A stretch of 64,000 nucleotides of DNA from Eremomyces bilateralis CBS 781.70 (Eukaryota), in assembly GCA_010015585.1 (NCBI GenBank), contig ML975175.1; one strand, written 5' to 3'. Numbering within the stretch: the first letter of the stretch is position 1; every line of letters starts with the position of its first letter. Below, piece by piece: positions 52,204 through 63,806 of the stretch. Both the position numbers and the translations under genes were made by a program. The notes beneath the pieces are model-generated. The model had not been told where the DNA came from, searched no databases, and was given only the letters and a program-made list of their open reading frames with translations.

Positions 52204-54438
52204 ATGACGGAGGATGGTGCTTCATCTCGTAGTCGGCCAATCAGGTCGTGTCAGAGATGCCGCAACTTCAAAGTCCGCTGCAGTAGGGCCAGACCGCGAT
52301 GTAAGAGGTGCATCGTCGCCGATGTCGACTGCGTGTACGCTTTTGGGGGCACGCCTTTTACCGGCATATCCCCCAGAAGCGAGTCCTCAGTCGAATTGGT
52401 CGTTTCGGAGGCTCAACCTGGGAACCCACGACATTCTGCGAAGAAGAGGCGGTTGGGTGACAATGACCGCGCCCAGGTTCCCTTCCAGGCCACATTTATG
52501 CTTCAACAGCGATCGCGTCCGGAGAGGAAAAGCCCTGATGGAATGCGGCCCAATTCAGTCGCCAAACGAGAACGTGCTATTCTCTCCTGTCTTCGATGCA
52601 GGAAGCTCAAGGTACGGTGTGACCGAGGCGTACCATGCACTCGCTGCGCAAACAACCACAGAAAATTGGAGTGTGTCTATTCCGATTTAAGTATCTCGGG
52701 GTTCTCCAACACCCATCCGGTCCATCTCAACAATTCGAACGCACTTGGCGGTGTCGCCACATACTTTGTTGACAACTACTGGGATCAACGGTTCCATAAT
52801 GGCACACACTGGAAGAATTTACTCCACGAGGTGAGTCAGTGCGTAACATGCCAATTGTTACCGTCTTGCAGTCAAGGAATCCGGGAACTAATTCCGCCAT
52901 ATTAGATCGAGGAGCTTCTGCACAGAACTCCCGGGGAGCACACAGGAGATTTGTCGAACGGCGACCCGCATCCCCATAGTTCGGCAGGGGCTCCCGTTGT
53001 GCTCTCGATCAACTATCCCTTCAGCGACCATGACAACTCTCACCAATCCATCACGCTTCTTCTAAATAACCTACCACCGCGGTCTACTCTGGAAGCATTT
53101 ATAGCCCATTACATGGACACGATCGAGAAGACGTACCACCTCCTAGACACTGATGCGTTCGAGACAGAGGTGCGAGATTTCTGGAGCTGGAAACGAGGAT
53201 CCGCCAAGCCTCGACCCGACGACGGTTGGCTAGCCCAGTACTTCATGATCATCTCTCTAGGATGCCAGGCCCATGAATTCATTGCCCAGGCAACTAAATC
53301 GAACGGATACTCAGACTTGCCAAACCGTCTCTTAACAGGGGCAGAGATGTGTCTCCGACGCACCCCGTTCTTATTCCAACCGACACTGACAAACATCAGG
53401 ACGCTCTGCTTGATGGTAATCTCTAAGCAGGTCTACACCATGTCCTGTCACCAGTCGGATACGTGCTGGCCGCTTACTGGGATGATCATTAGACTGGCCA
53501 TGGGCATAGGGTTGCACACCGACCGCCTTCCTATTGTGGAATTGTGGTCCTGCCATGAGCGAAGAATGCGTCGACGGCTCTGGGCATCAGTTGTGTTTCT
53601 GGAGATGCGTCAATCGCTCATCTGTGGCATGCCTCTCCTGTTGCGTCCCTGCGACGTTGCCTGTCTATCGAAAGGCACTCCCTCGCCCTCATTCAACAAC
53701 ACCACCCCTTCCTCGGCAATAGAGAACCATAGCTGGACATCGTCGCCAGTATCGGCCGACTCCGAACCCACGCTTCTTGAGAGCACCTTCGGCACAGCGG
53801 TCCCGCTCCTGATCCAAGCAATTGACCTGGCCACCGGAGATACCGACGATCCCGCCACGTACACACAAGTCGTCCAAGTCGACGAAGCCCTTCGAAACCT
53901 CATCCGCTCCTCTGGCGTCGGTCTTCGACCACCAGTCTTCCGCACCGATACCGACTGGCCCTCCTCCACCTCCATCGATCTGGAAGCATGTACCCTCGAC
54001 ATCTTTTTCCGGCAGACTCTCCTAGCTCTACACTCGCGCTTCGTACTCGGCTCGACAACCTGCGCCGCAGCGGCGCACCCTGACTCAGGGTTGTCTTCCC
54101 TCGAGAGCGCCCTGGCAGTCTTGTCCCTGCAGCGGAGTCTCTGCGACGGCGATGGGTGTGAGCCCGCACAGAACAGCTCCACTGCCTGGTTTGCGGGACT
54201 GTTTCGGTATGAGTTCTTCACTGCAGCTATGACTGTGTGTTGTCAGCTTGTGCGAGGGCTGGTGGTTGAGGAGGGGCCGATGGCGGTTAGGCGGGAGGAT
54301 GGGCCAGCGGGTATTATGCTGGAGGCCTTGAAATCGTGTAGGGATATTTGGAGCAGGGAGAGGAGCGCATCGGTGTGTAACGGAAAGGCACATGCGCTTG
54401 TTGATAAGTTGGTTGAGGTGTTGCAAGGGAGCCGGTGA
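52204..54438 (+). CDS. Transcription factor with two Zn2Cys6 clusters and a fungal-specific TF domain
   Basis: CQRCRNFKVRC..CKRC..C and CLRCRKLKVRC..CTRC..C; middle-homology AMGIGLH..RRRLW; one intron near 52831. Confidence 0.9.
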
Positions 54439-54838
54439 TAGTAAGGGAGTGGGGTCGAGGCTTTTTACGGTACGGTCCGTGACTATACTGTACGGCGCAG
54501 ATTCGCGACTCAGAAGATACTGCCTGAGAATAGAACCGGGAGACTATGAGTGGGAACTAGTCTCCGGAGCTCAATTTGACTTGCTGCTGGCAATGCACAA
54601 GAACTGATGATGTGTCAGGGGGTTCGGCTGGTGTATCATGAAAGATGGATCGGATACTGCATTACGAAAAGTTTAGGCGCAAATGTTCTTTTCGTTAGAC
54701 TGCTAGGAGGCAATCATCGTTATAATGTGCCTCGAGGCGTATAGATAGCCAATGACAGAAGGACAGTCTGCACCATCAACCCAGTTAGCTTCCCATTGGT
54801 AGAAACTACAGGTTTCCTTCTACTCATCCCAGTATCTT

Positions 54839-55246
54839 CTACTTCATACCCACGATCATGATTGCCTTCACTGACATCATGGCATTCACTGGCCCAATGT
54901 GAGCCAGTCGATTGCTATATTCCGATCGTATAGATGTGATCTCTGGTGCTTTTGCACTATAGGAAAGCTTTTCGGTGGCGTTGCGATGAGCCTTGCGTCT
55001 CCCGGATGCAAAAAATGCTACAAGTCCCACAATGGAGAGAGATCCCACGACGGTTCCAATAGCAATGTCGGCCCTTTCGCCAGTGGACCGACCGCTTGAC
55101 GATTCGGCAGCAGTAGGAACACTACCGCATGAAGGTGTGGTAGCTGGAGGAGAGAACTCGGTCGACGTCACATTAAAGCAAGGCACTTGAATGTCAAAGT
55201 TGGTATTCTCCACGAAGGTCTGCAAGGTGAGGGCTGTTAGAGGCAT
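54839..55246 (-). pseudogene. C-terminal remnant of a Ser/Thr-rich single-TM membrane protein
   Basis: IAIGTVVGSLSIVGLVAFF followed by a basic stretch; no coherent N-terminus found. Confidence 0.35.
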
Positions 55247-55419
55247 TCACCCAACATTGTGGAGACCAGGAGCTGCAGTGACCGCCATGTTTCCGTACTA
55301 CGAAGTTCGTGTGCTGGACGCGTGTGATGAAGGAGTGGCTGAACTTTGAGGAGGCCAGGGAGCAGCCGAACCTTTATACCGTGAAACGAACTCGTCTTCT
55401 TCCCTCCCAGCTCGCCTAC

Positions 55420-57070
55420 GAAGTCAAAGGCGCGAAAAGCAGTTGGCCGCGGCTTCCGAATTCGGTCCTGTGAGAAGAGCGGGCGTAGAGGGACCAAACC
55501 TATTGGTTCAATCTAGGGGTAGGAGACGTATCAAATGGCGCCCTTAGCCTTAGAAGAGTAAACCCGCCTCCTGACCTTGGGAGAATCGGACGGGCCATTC
55601 CCAGCCGAGACTTGGCCAGCCAATTAGTCATGATATCGCCTCCATTCTTTTCTGTTGGAATGAAGTAGACTGGACTGATGTGTCCCCTTCGGTCTTTGAA
55701 GGAGACATGACCTGTGCTCTCGTCCGGTAGAGGGTCGCACGCTTCAGGCACCGCAGATGCGCCTCGTCCGGACTGCAATGTTCCGTATGGATCTACCGTT
55801 TCCTCCAAGCTTGGACCGGAACGACAGCCTCATTGGCGCGAATCCGGCGTTCTGAAGTTTTCCATCTGGCGATCACCTCTTGAAGAAGGGTGAGCGCGTG
55901 ATCCAAGCCGTGTCGCACCTACGATGGAGCCATCCATACAAGGGCTGCAGGTTGCTATATTTCAGAGACAGCGACGCGTGGATTCGCTCGTATTCGCTCG
56001 TATGCATTCTCGGGGAATCTAATCCGAAGTTCCTGCGTGACAGCGTTGCGGCATCTCCGGGGCGGAGGCGTCGTGCATCCTGCATCCTGCGTCATGCATG
56101 TCCAGTGACAGCGCCATCGCTTCCTCACGACCCAGTTTGGGTTTGAGCGAACCCCTCCGCCCCTTTCACGCCCCTGCAGTCCGACCATCCCGACCTCCTC
56201 GACTGCTCTAGATGCTGCCTGGGGCGCGGGCTGAGCAGGTTTTCTTGAAGATCCTTCGGGATCGCCGGGTGTTAGATAGATTCCTAGCATACCAACCTGC
56301 TTCTAGAAAGCCGAGGCGCTAAAGGAGGCGTAACGTCTCGCCGTCCCCCCATTTTCTGGCCGTTGTGCAAAAAAGCAACCTCCTTTGCTCGCCTCGCCTT
56401 GCTTTTCCTTCCTTTCCTTTTCAATCTAGACCGACTCAGCCCATGAGACCGGCAATGCCACGTAGCAACAAAAAGGAATGAAAACAATGATACAGGGATT
56501 CAGGGATAATCAAGTGCAGTGGACCTTATGGCCGTCCCACTATGACTTAGAATTAAGGATGACGGTGGACCGAGGCCGCAGGAATCGGCGTGGCCGATCG
56601 GGATCAACGGCCTTTAATGTCAGAGGCTGCGAGGGAGCAGGGCATGAGCGAGATAATCGGCCGCCCTGAGTTTGGGCAGGACCCGTGGAGAGCAAGGAGG
56701 TTGAATTCGGGGAGACGGTCAGTTCTCACTCGAGCAAGAGAGAGAAAAGGCACAGGGAAAGAAATGGGAGGCGTGTCTAGCAAATCAAATTAACGAGGTT
56801 CTCGAGAACGAAATGCCCGGCAAACGATACTATAGCGTAGACGGACAGAGTGCAACACTTTGAACGGCGACGCGCAGGAAGTGGGGCCGAAAGGGAATAC
56901 GGCAAAAGCAGAAAAAACAGGGCGGCGAGCACGGAGAAGGCGGGAAGGAGCTGAGGGTGGGAAGCTGAAAGAGAACCAGGGAGCGAGGGGTCAGAGCAGT
57001 CGTGATCCATCAGTCGCTGCAGTTGTTGAGGGGGTAAAGGAAAAGGGAACAGAAAACAATGAAATAAAAC
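55420..57070 (-). ncRNA. Long structured ncRNA candidate, telomerase-RNA-like (ends approximate)
   Basis: TATAAAA at 57097-57103 (minus), no recognisable protein, nested long-range helices with G-U pairs on the minus strand, a U/A-rich pseudoknot-like element and a template-like repeat at 56493-56507. Confidence 0.6.
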
Positions 57071-57248
57071 GGTAGAAGAAGGGAGTGGGATGCGAGTTTT
57101 ATATGTTGAGGTCAAGGGAGGCAGACAGGCCGGAGGAGGCGGGAAATCTTCGGATAGTACCCGTCAACCAATGAGGGGCGGGGGTGGGCTCGGTCTTCCA
57201 AAAAAGGCAATCCGCCCATTCCGGCGGTCGACCTGCCGTCGCAACTTT

Positions 57249-57327
57249 TACTAAGTTAACTAACTAGTTAATTAGTAACTAAGTTAGTTAACTTAAGTTA
57301 GTTAGTTAGTAACTAACTAGTTAATTA
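57249..57327. repeat. AT-rich TAAC/GTTA quasi-palindromic repeat tract
   Basis: The 18-mer TAACTAACTAGTTAATTA occurs at 57257 and 57310, with multiple ACTAGT/GTTAAC palindromes. Confidence 0.8.
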
Positions 57328-57615
57328 TGGATGTTCCGTAACTACATGAGTCTGACGTCCAAATAGCTTGCTGCGGCATTGGCTTCTGTCGTCCGTCTCA
57401 TTGAAACATTCCCCACCAACCCCTGTCCCCTACCGATTCGTATCAGAGCGTATCACGATCCCAAGGAGTTTCAAGAATGCGCCATTATTCCAGTTCACAG
57501 TCGGGAGCTTCTATACCGATCCCTTTGCATCACGGAATGGGCTCTAGATAGCTCTGCCTTTTCACGAACCCCAGCTTCGATGAATTCATTGCGATCTGTT
57601 TAACAATCGTGGGAG

Positions 57616-59892
57616 ATGGAGCAGTCGCCTTTGTCCCAACAGGCACGGCCAGACGTGTTTCAACCGAAAGTCATTAAACTCTATGAATCTCTTCTTCTGG
57701 TACTTCCATGTTCTCCAAGTCCCTCTCCAAACTTCATGACTAACAGGGTCCAAGGATGATGAAGACGAAGCGGAGAAGCCCGAAGGTTTCTGGCGGGAGT
57801 TCTTCCTCCATAAACCAGATACTGCTGGTCTCCGACAACTCCTCGCCAATCTGACACCAGACGATATGCTGCACCTCCAAGTCCGTATGACTTCCGTGGA
57901 TTCCATACTTGCTGTGCTCACCATGTCGTAGTTTCGAACCCAACAGTTGGTGTCCCATGCGATCGCATATATCAAGACGGGAAGGGGGCCTTCCGATGAA
58001 GTCGCTCTGGATGTAAGTGTTCCCTCTGCCGTCATACACGGCATACGTGGGCTCACTCATCAGACTTTGACGGTGTTTCTAGTCTCCGTAATGACGAAAC
58101 GATACACAAACCCAAGCGCCGATATCATTGCCATCTTAACCGGCCTTAGCGACGCCGACGCGACTTTCGCGGACTTAGTATCTGCCTTGGACTGGACGAT
58201 GCGAAATGGAAGAACATGTAAGGCTGCTTAAAAGCTGGGGATTGATGGGGATCAATTGCTGACCGTCAGGATAGTGCAACTCAAGCTCCGTGCTGTAAGA
58301 GTGGCCTTGTCGGTTACATCTGGATCATACCAGACGGGACTGGTCTCATACTTCACTCATAAGGATCTATTCCCTGCTCTCATGAAGGTCCGTAGGTAGA
58401 ACCAATCTACAAGGAATGGAATGTTAACGTTCTTGCAGCTCATCCAGGAGTCAGACGCAACCCAAGCCGCCGAGCCATTCGTCCTCCTAGGCCTTTTGGC
58501 GAACTACAACAAATTCGAGTTCCAGAATCCTTACCAACTACGACTCAACGACTTCGTGAACGACGCGACTATGAAGATGATTGTATCTTGTATTGGTACT
58601 GTCTGTGCCTCGATTCGGGATCGATATGTCACAGTCCAGGACGATGCTCCAGAAGGATGGTCGCTGGGGACGACTCTCACATACTTCGGACTGGGCGGGC
58701 TTGCATCTAGGCCGTCAACTCCAAGTGCCAATTCGGAGGAAACGGCCGCTGCTTTTGCCTCGCTGTATGATTGCCTCCCAGAATACGATATGACGATAGC
58801 TAACGGATCTCTCAGACCAAGTCCGGACGTTGCGATCTTGCTGCCGACTTACGATTTTGTCAACGCAAATAAGCTGTTCTGCTCGAACTTTGTCCTGAGA
58901 ACGGCAGACACCAAACTCCAGCATTCCGCGTTTGGCAATTATCTTTCCCTGACTTCATATCTTTTCCAGCATGCCCATCGGTCAAACCGAGCGACTTACT
59001 ATACGTACATCAGCCTTTACACCATTCAAATCCTTGTTGAAGACCCGATCCTCGTCAAGCATACTTGTAGCGAAGAGAGCAAGACTTCGGTGCGGTTATG
59101 TCGGCAGAGACAACCTTTTTTGCCTGCGATCAAAGGAGACCGGGAACTGTGCCCGATTCTGTTGGATCTCATGATCGACGGAATCAATCACAACCTAAGG
59201 CGACGACTCGATGTGCAATTCTACCTTCTGTGCATCGGCATCTTGTTGAGAATTATATCCTTCATGGCGAAGTCACGAACGAGAATCGGTAAGATCCCAT
59301 ATGCCGTGAATTAAGAATACTAGGCTGACACCAACCAGTTTATCATTGGGCTGAACTCTGGCGGTCACTCCTTTCTTTCATTCGCTTCCTCACATCATAC
59401 GCTTCCGACATCAAACCACTTACCAATTCCCATCGCCTTGTCGAGTCCCTCACCGAACTTATCGCGCTGTCGCTCTCTGTCGGAGAATCATTTCTCCCCG
59501 ATACAGCATCCTATGACGACTTGTTCTACAAGTTGGTGGAGACCGGCGATACGTTGACGAAATTCCGTGATGCTTACAATCTCCGGGTATCTCGTTCATC
59601 AAGCATGAGTCACCCTACCCGCGAATCCAGTTCCATCGAAATCTTGACTGGAGTGTCCAGTCATTACTATAGTCTGTTGGAAACGCAAGGGAAAGGAAAG
59701 CTACGAAGCAAGCACTTGAGTCCAAAGGAAGTAAGTAACGTCATCAAGCAAGGGTATGAGACTTTATCGATTCAAGGTCGAGAGGATCTGGATCAGTGGG
59801 AGGGATATCGAGAAGCGGATCATCGCGCTGTGATGAAACGAGTGGCGAGAATGGCTGTGGAAGACGCGAAGCTCCTCATACAGGAAATGTAA
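57616..59892 (+). CDS. ARMH3/DUF1741-family armadillo-like protein
   Basis: FQPKVIKLYE, FWREFFL, LLANYNKFEFQNPY, YHWAELWRSL and YDDLFYKLVE; many introns. Confidence 0.85.
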
Positions 59893-60271
59893 AATATCCA
59901 CGGAATGTATTGATATTTAATGACCATTGACAGAGTCGTCGTTGGTGTTCGGTTCCGGTTCCGTAGGACTGAAAGTAACAGTATTCCGTGATAATATAGG
60001 CCGAAGGGTCCAAACTCCAAAGGGGCTATTACGTGAACTTGACATGAATTACCATGATTCAGCCCTACCGGTAGAACCTCGCTTAATCTAGGACCAGCGA
60101 CATCACCTTCTCTGACCATCAACTCGAACCAGCCCTCGCTGCCACACGTCACATAACTAAGCTCTTAGCAAAGGTAGCTTTGACTGCGATATTCGTTCCT
60201 TCGTGAGTGCCATTAGACGGCTAACCTCGGCAAACTTGTGTCCTCCTGTCCTCCTGTCCTCCTTTCGAGAA

Positions 60272-61345
60272 ATGACCGGCCTCAAGCTTGGGCTGAATGT
60301 TCAGAAGAAAGGACAACAGCTAGCCAAATCCAAGGCCGTTTTCCTTGCGGACGACGACTCGGAAGAAGAACGCCCTGCGCCCCCGAAAAAGTCCAACCTC
60401 ACTGCCCCCAAACGGACCGACTTTAGGAAGAAGATTGAGAAGGAGGAAATCGACCCATCCATATACGATTACGACGCCGCCTACGATGCGATTCATGCCA
60501 AAACATCTGCAAAGAATGCCGCCGCCCGAGAGCATGCAGAACAGCGCAACCCGAAGTATGTCGAAGGTCTCTTGGCATCCGCCGAGGTTCGAAAGCGGGA
60601 CCAACTACGTGCCCGAGACAAAATGCTGCAGAAGGAACGTGAGGCTGAAGGGGAAGAGTTCGCCGATAAAGAGAAGTTTGTGACCAGCGCATACAAAGAA
60701 CAGCAAGAAGAGTTGCGGCGGCTGGAAGTAGAGGAGAAAATAAAGGAAGAATCGGAAGCCCAGAAACGTAGAGAATCGGGAATGCAAGGCTTCTACCGGA
60801 CTATGATGGATCGGGATGAGCAAAGACACCAGGAAGCAGTTGAAGCTGCAGCAAATGCATCGAAGCCGAGCGAGATTGGAGAGCCTGTCAGAGATATTAA
60901 TGACAAGACCGAGAAATCTGAGGCCGACATTGCGCGTGACCTAAACGCGAAGGGTGCTCGCATCATCCTGAACGAAGAAGGCCAGGTTGCAGACAAGCGT
61001 CAATTACTATCTGCAGGTCTGAACGTGGCACCCAAGCCGAAGTCTGCTACTACGGCAGGCTCTCAGACAGGAAGGGGACAATATTCAAGGGCACCTGCTA
61101 CGTCATTCGGTCGAAATGACAATCGTAAGGGTGTTCGGGAGCGCCAGTCGCAAATGCTGGAAGAGCAACTCGAACAAGCCACCAAGCGAGCTGCGGATGA
61201 GGAGGCAGAAGAGCGTCGAAAGCAAGAACATGCTGCAAAGAGCAGGAAAACTACATCCGATGTATCGAGTGCAAAGGAGAGGTACCTTCAACGGAAGCGA
61301 GAGGCAGCAGCAGCAGCAGCAGCTAGTAATGGCACTAAAACTTAA
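60272..61345 (+). CDS. NSRP1/CCDC55 (DUF2040) coiled-coil splicing regulator
   Basis: DPSIYDYDAAYD, EREAEGEEFADKEKFVTSAYK and SAKERYLQRK. Confidence 0.88.
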   Translation: MTGLKLGLNVQKKGQQLAKSKAVFLADDDSEEERPAPPKKSNLTAPKRTDFRKKIEKEEIDPSIYDYDAAYDAIHAKTSAKNAAAREHAEQRNPKYVEGLLASAEVRKRDQLRARDKMLQKEREAEGEEFADKEKFVTSAYKEQQEELRRLEVEEKIKEESEAQKRRESGMQGFYRTMMDRDEQRHQEAVEAAANASKPSEIGEPVRDINDKTEKSEADIARDLNAKGARIILNEEGQVADKRQLLSAGLNVAPKPKSATTAGSQTGRGQYSRAPATSFGRNDNRKGVRERQSQMLEEQLEQATKRAADEEAEERRKQEHAAKSRKTTSDVSSAKERYLQRKREAAAAAAASNGTKT

Positions 61346-61825
61346 TGCTCACCCCTCGCACGATTTCCTTATCTCGCGACCTGCTTCTGGGGCAAGTTGA
61401 GTGAATAATCTTCGTTGACTACGGATATTCACATTATGGTTGTTCGTTGCCTAACCAGGGCATATTTGGTGATATGCCTGACTATAGGCTCATGCATGAG
61501 TACTGAGGTAAAGAAAAGTCATGGGGACCTCAATATTTTGCTTTCGATCAACACCTGCCGAGTACTTTTGTACAGCAACACCGATTCATGTGGTATTTCA
61601 TTCATGATTTGCGAACTTTCCGGAAACACCACAATCTGTGTTGCGAGCCTTCAATAAATCAACCCAGAAAGTGACGAGACGTTGCGGGTCCCACTCTGTT
61701 TGCTTGTTTCTAAGCAATGGCTACTCCGAAACCCTCGGATCAGAGTGTGGAGGATTGGAGACGGCAAGAAACAAAATCTACAAGTCGTGTGGATAACTCC
61801 GCGGGTGTTTACTTCCGAGGACAGT

Positions 61826-62591
61826 ATGGATCCCCAGAGAGTTGGATGTACAACCCACTTACGGACATTTAGAAAGCGGAAAGCTTCCCCCGGGCATACA
61901 TCCCCGCCAACTAGGCCTTCGCGACTTGATTCATTCATGGAAGATCATAACGGTTACTCACTAGTTCTCCCTTGGGTTGACCTATCCTGACTTGTACCAG
62001 GGCGGAAGATTCTGCCAAAATACCTCGATCCACCCCTCACTTGCTACTACTGGCATACTCGTGGCCGGTGTAGCAAAAGCGATAAGAAATGCGCCTACGC
62101 ACACTATAACACAGGATTCTATGCCCCAGATCCAACTGGGTGCTACAGTGATAAATATGGTAGAGTTGATCCTTTCTAAACAGGCACTTCGCGTCAGTCT
62201 ATCCTTATGCGCTTGCTAACATCTTCTAGCTGCCATTACCAAGTCACTCCATAAAGCCGGCCCCAAGCCAAGTCATCCAGACGTTCCGTACCCTGCACCA
62301 GAACTGGCCGAGGTCCCTGACTGCAAGTGTTCATTCCGAGAGTATGTCCACCGAGCTCAAGAGATCGAGAATTATAACAGGGGGAGAGATATTGAGCTAC
62401 GAGCCCGAGAGGCTCAAGTGAAAGAGAAGGAAGCGCAGCTCCAACAACGGGAGAAATTGGTAAATGAAAGGGAGCGTGACTTGTACAGTCTCTGCTCAAT
62501 GGTGAAAAAAGAACTGCTGGGGCACCGGGTCTCCGTTTCTCCAATGCCCACGTCCACCTTCAACGGCGATACGGATGGCCAGGGATCATAA
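61826..62591 (+). CDS. Small CCCH zinc-finger plus coiled-coil protein (not recovered by the ORF track)
   Basis: Introns 61953-62000 and 62160-62229 join an open frame containing CYYWHTRGRCSKSDKKCAYAH and ELRAREAQVKEKEAQLQQRE. The start is uncertain. Confidence 0.65.
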
Positions 62592-63046
62592 GGCTGGATA
62601 TCGGCTCCGTCAAGGTTGATCTTTCTACAAGTTTCATATGGAGCCTAGGCTCAGATCTAGCCAAGTCTTACCTTGCTGTGAGATTGTGGCTTGCTTGATC
62701 TGACGGAGGGGCAGAAAGCAACCATGGTGGGAATGGCCCGAGATCTCAATACCCTACTCCCTAGACTTGCAATACGAACAATTATGCTCCCAATTTTCCG
62801 AGAAAGGATGATGGAATGTGCATTGCGATCCATACGTAATGATACAAGAAGAAGCTGAGTGATTCATGCATATTATAGGTGAAGGGATTTTCAGTTGGCA
62901 GCTGGCGACCGGCGAGGCTAGATTCTTGTCGAACTGCTAGAAGACCCAGAAATACGAGTCCAGTTGACGTCTATATATGTAGCGGATATTTGCTCACGCT
63001 GACAGCTGGTACGCTGATTTTAGGATCAATCGCGGAGGTCTTCCTT

Positions 63047-63806
63047 TCAAACTTCGATTTTACGCACTATCCGAGCAGGATTACCTGCAACAACATGTAA
63101 TTCCGGAACATCCTGATCAAATCAGCACATCAAAATGCAGGCAGAGGATTCGGTGCCCTCGGGGTAGCTCGCCATACCTTTGTCACAACACTGCCTGCAC
63201 CAACGACACAGCCACGTCCAATCCGTACACCGGGAAGAATGATAGCGTTACCACCAATCCAGCAGTCCTCGCCAATCCAGATTTCTTTCCCCAGTTCCGG
63301 TCCTTTGGTGCCGTTTCGGAGAGTCGGATCCAATGGATGTGTTCCACTATAGAAGCTGACACTTGGACCGACGAGAGTCCTCGCACCAATGGTGATGGTG
63401 CACGTATCTAGCATGGTGCAGTTGAAGTTGATAAAGACATTAGGACCGAGCTTCACATTGAATCCGTAGTCAATATTTATAGGAGTCTCTACCCAAGATT
63501 CTTCCTCAAGCAACTTCTCATCTGCTTCTGGGTTTGGGTCTCTTGGTGGTAACGGTTGCGCATCTTCCACGATTCTTTTCCCGGTCAGATGCGATCGGAC
63601 ATAAACCATCGGAGATCGGAAGAAGCACAAAGGCAATGCACTTACTCCCTCCACAGCTCCACCTGTTTGCGTCTATCAACTTCGCCTTTGTTGTTGTATC
63701 GTTCGCAAGCTTGAGCACAACGACGACGAGCTGCGACAAGTTCTGGCGTAAAGGCGTGGTACAGCTCCCCACGTAGCATTCTTTGCCTGTTCTCCGAAAT
63801 CTCCAT
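63047..63806 (-). CDS. Maltose/galactoside O-acetyltransferase (hexapeptide repeat)
   Basis: MLRGELY, DYGFN, INFNCTMLD, IGEDCWIGG..GAGSVVTK/DVP..VAGNPAR; two introns. Confidence 0.92.

Noticed and set aside
55500..56290. Short minus-strand ORFs read as a degenerate protein gene
   Set aside because: No recognisable domain or coherent splice model; dense hairpins fit a structured RNA better.
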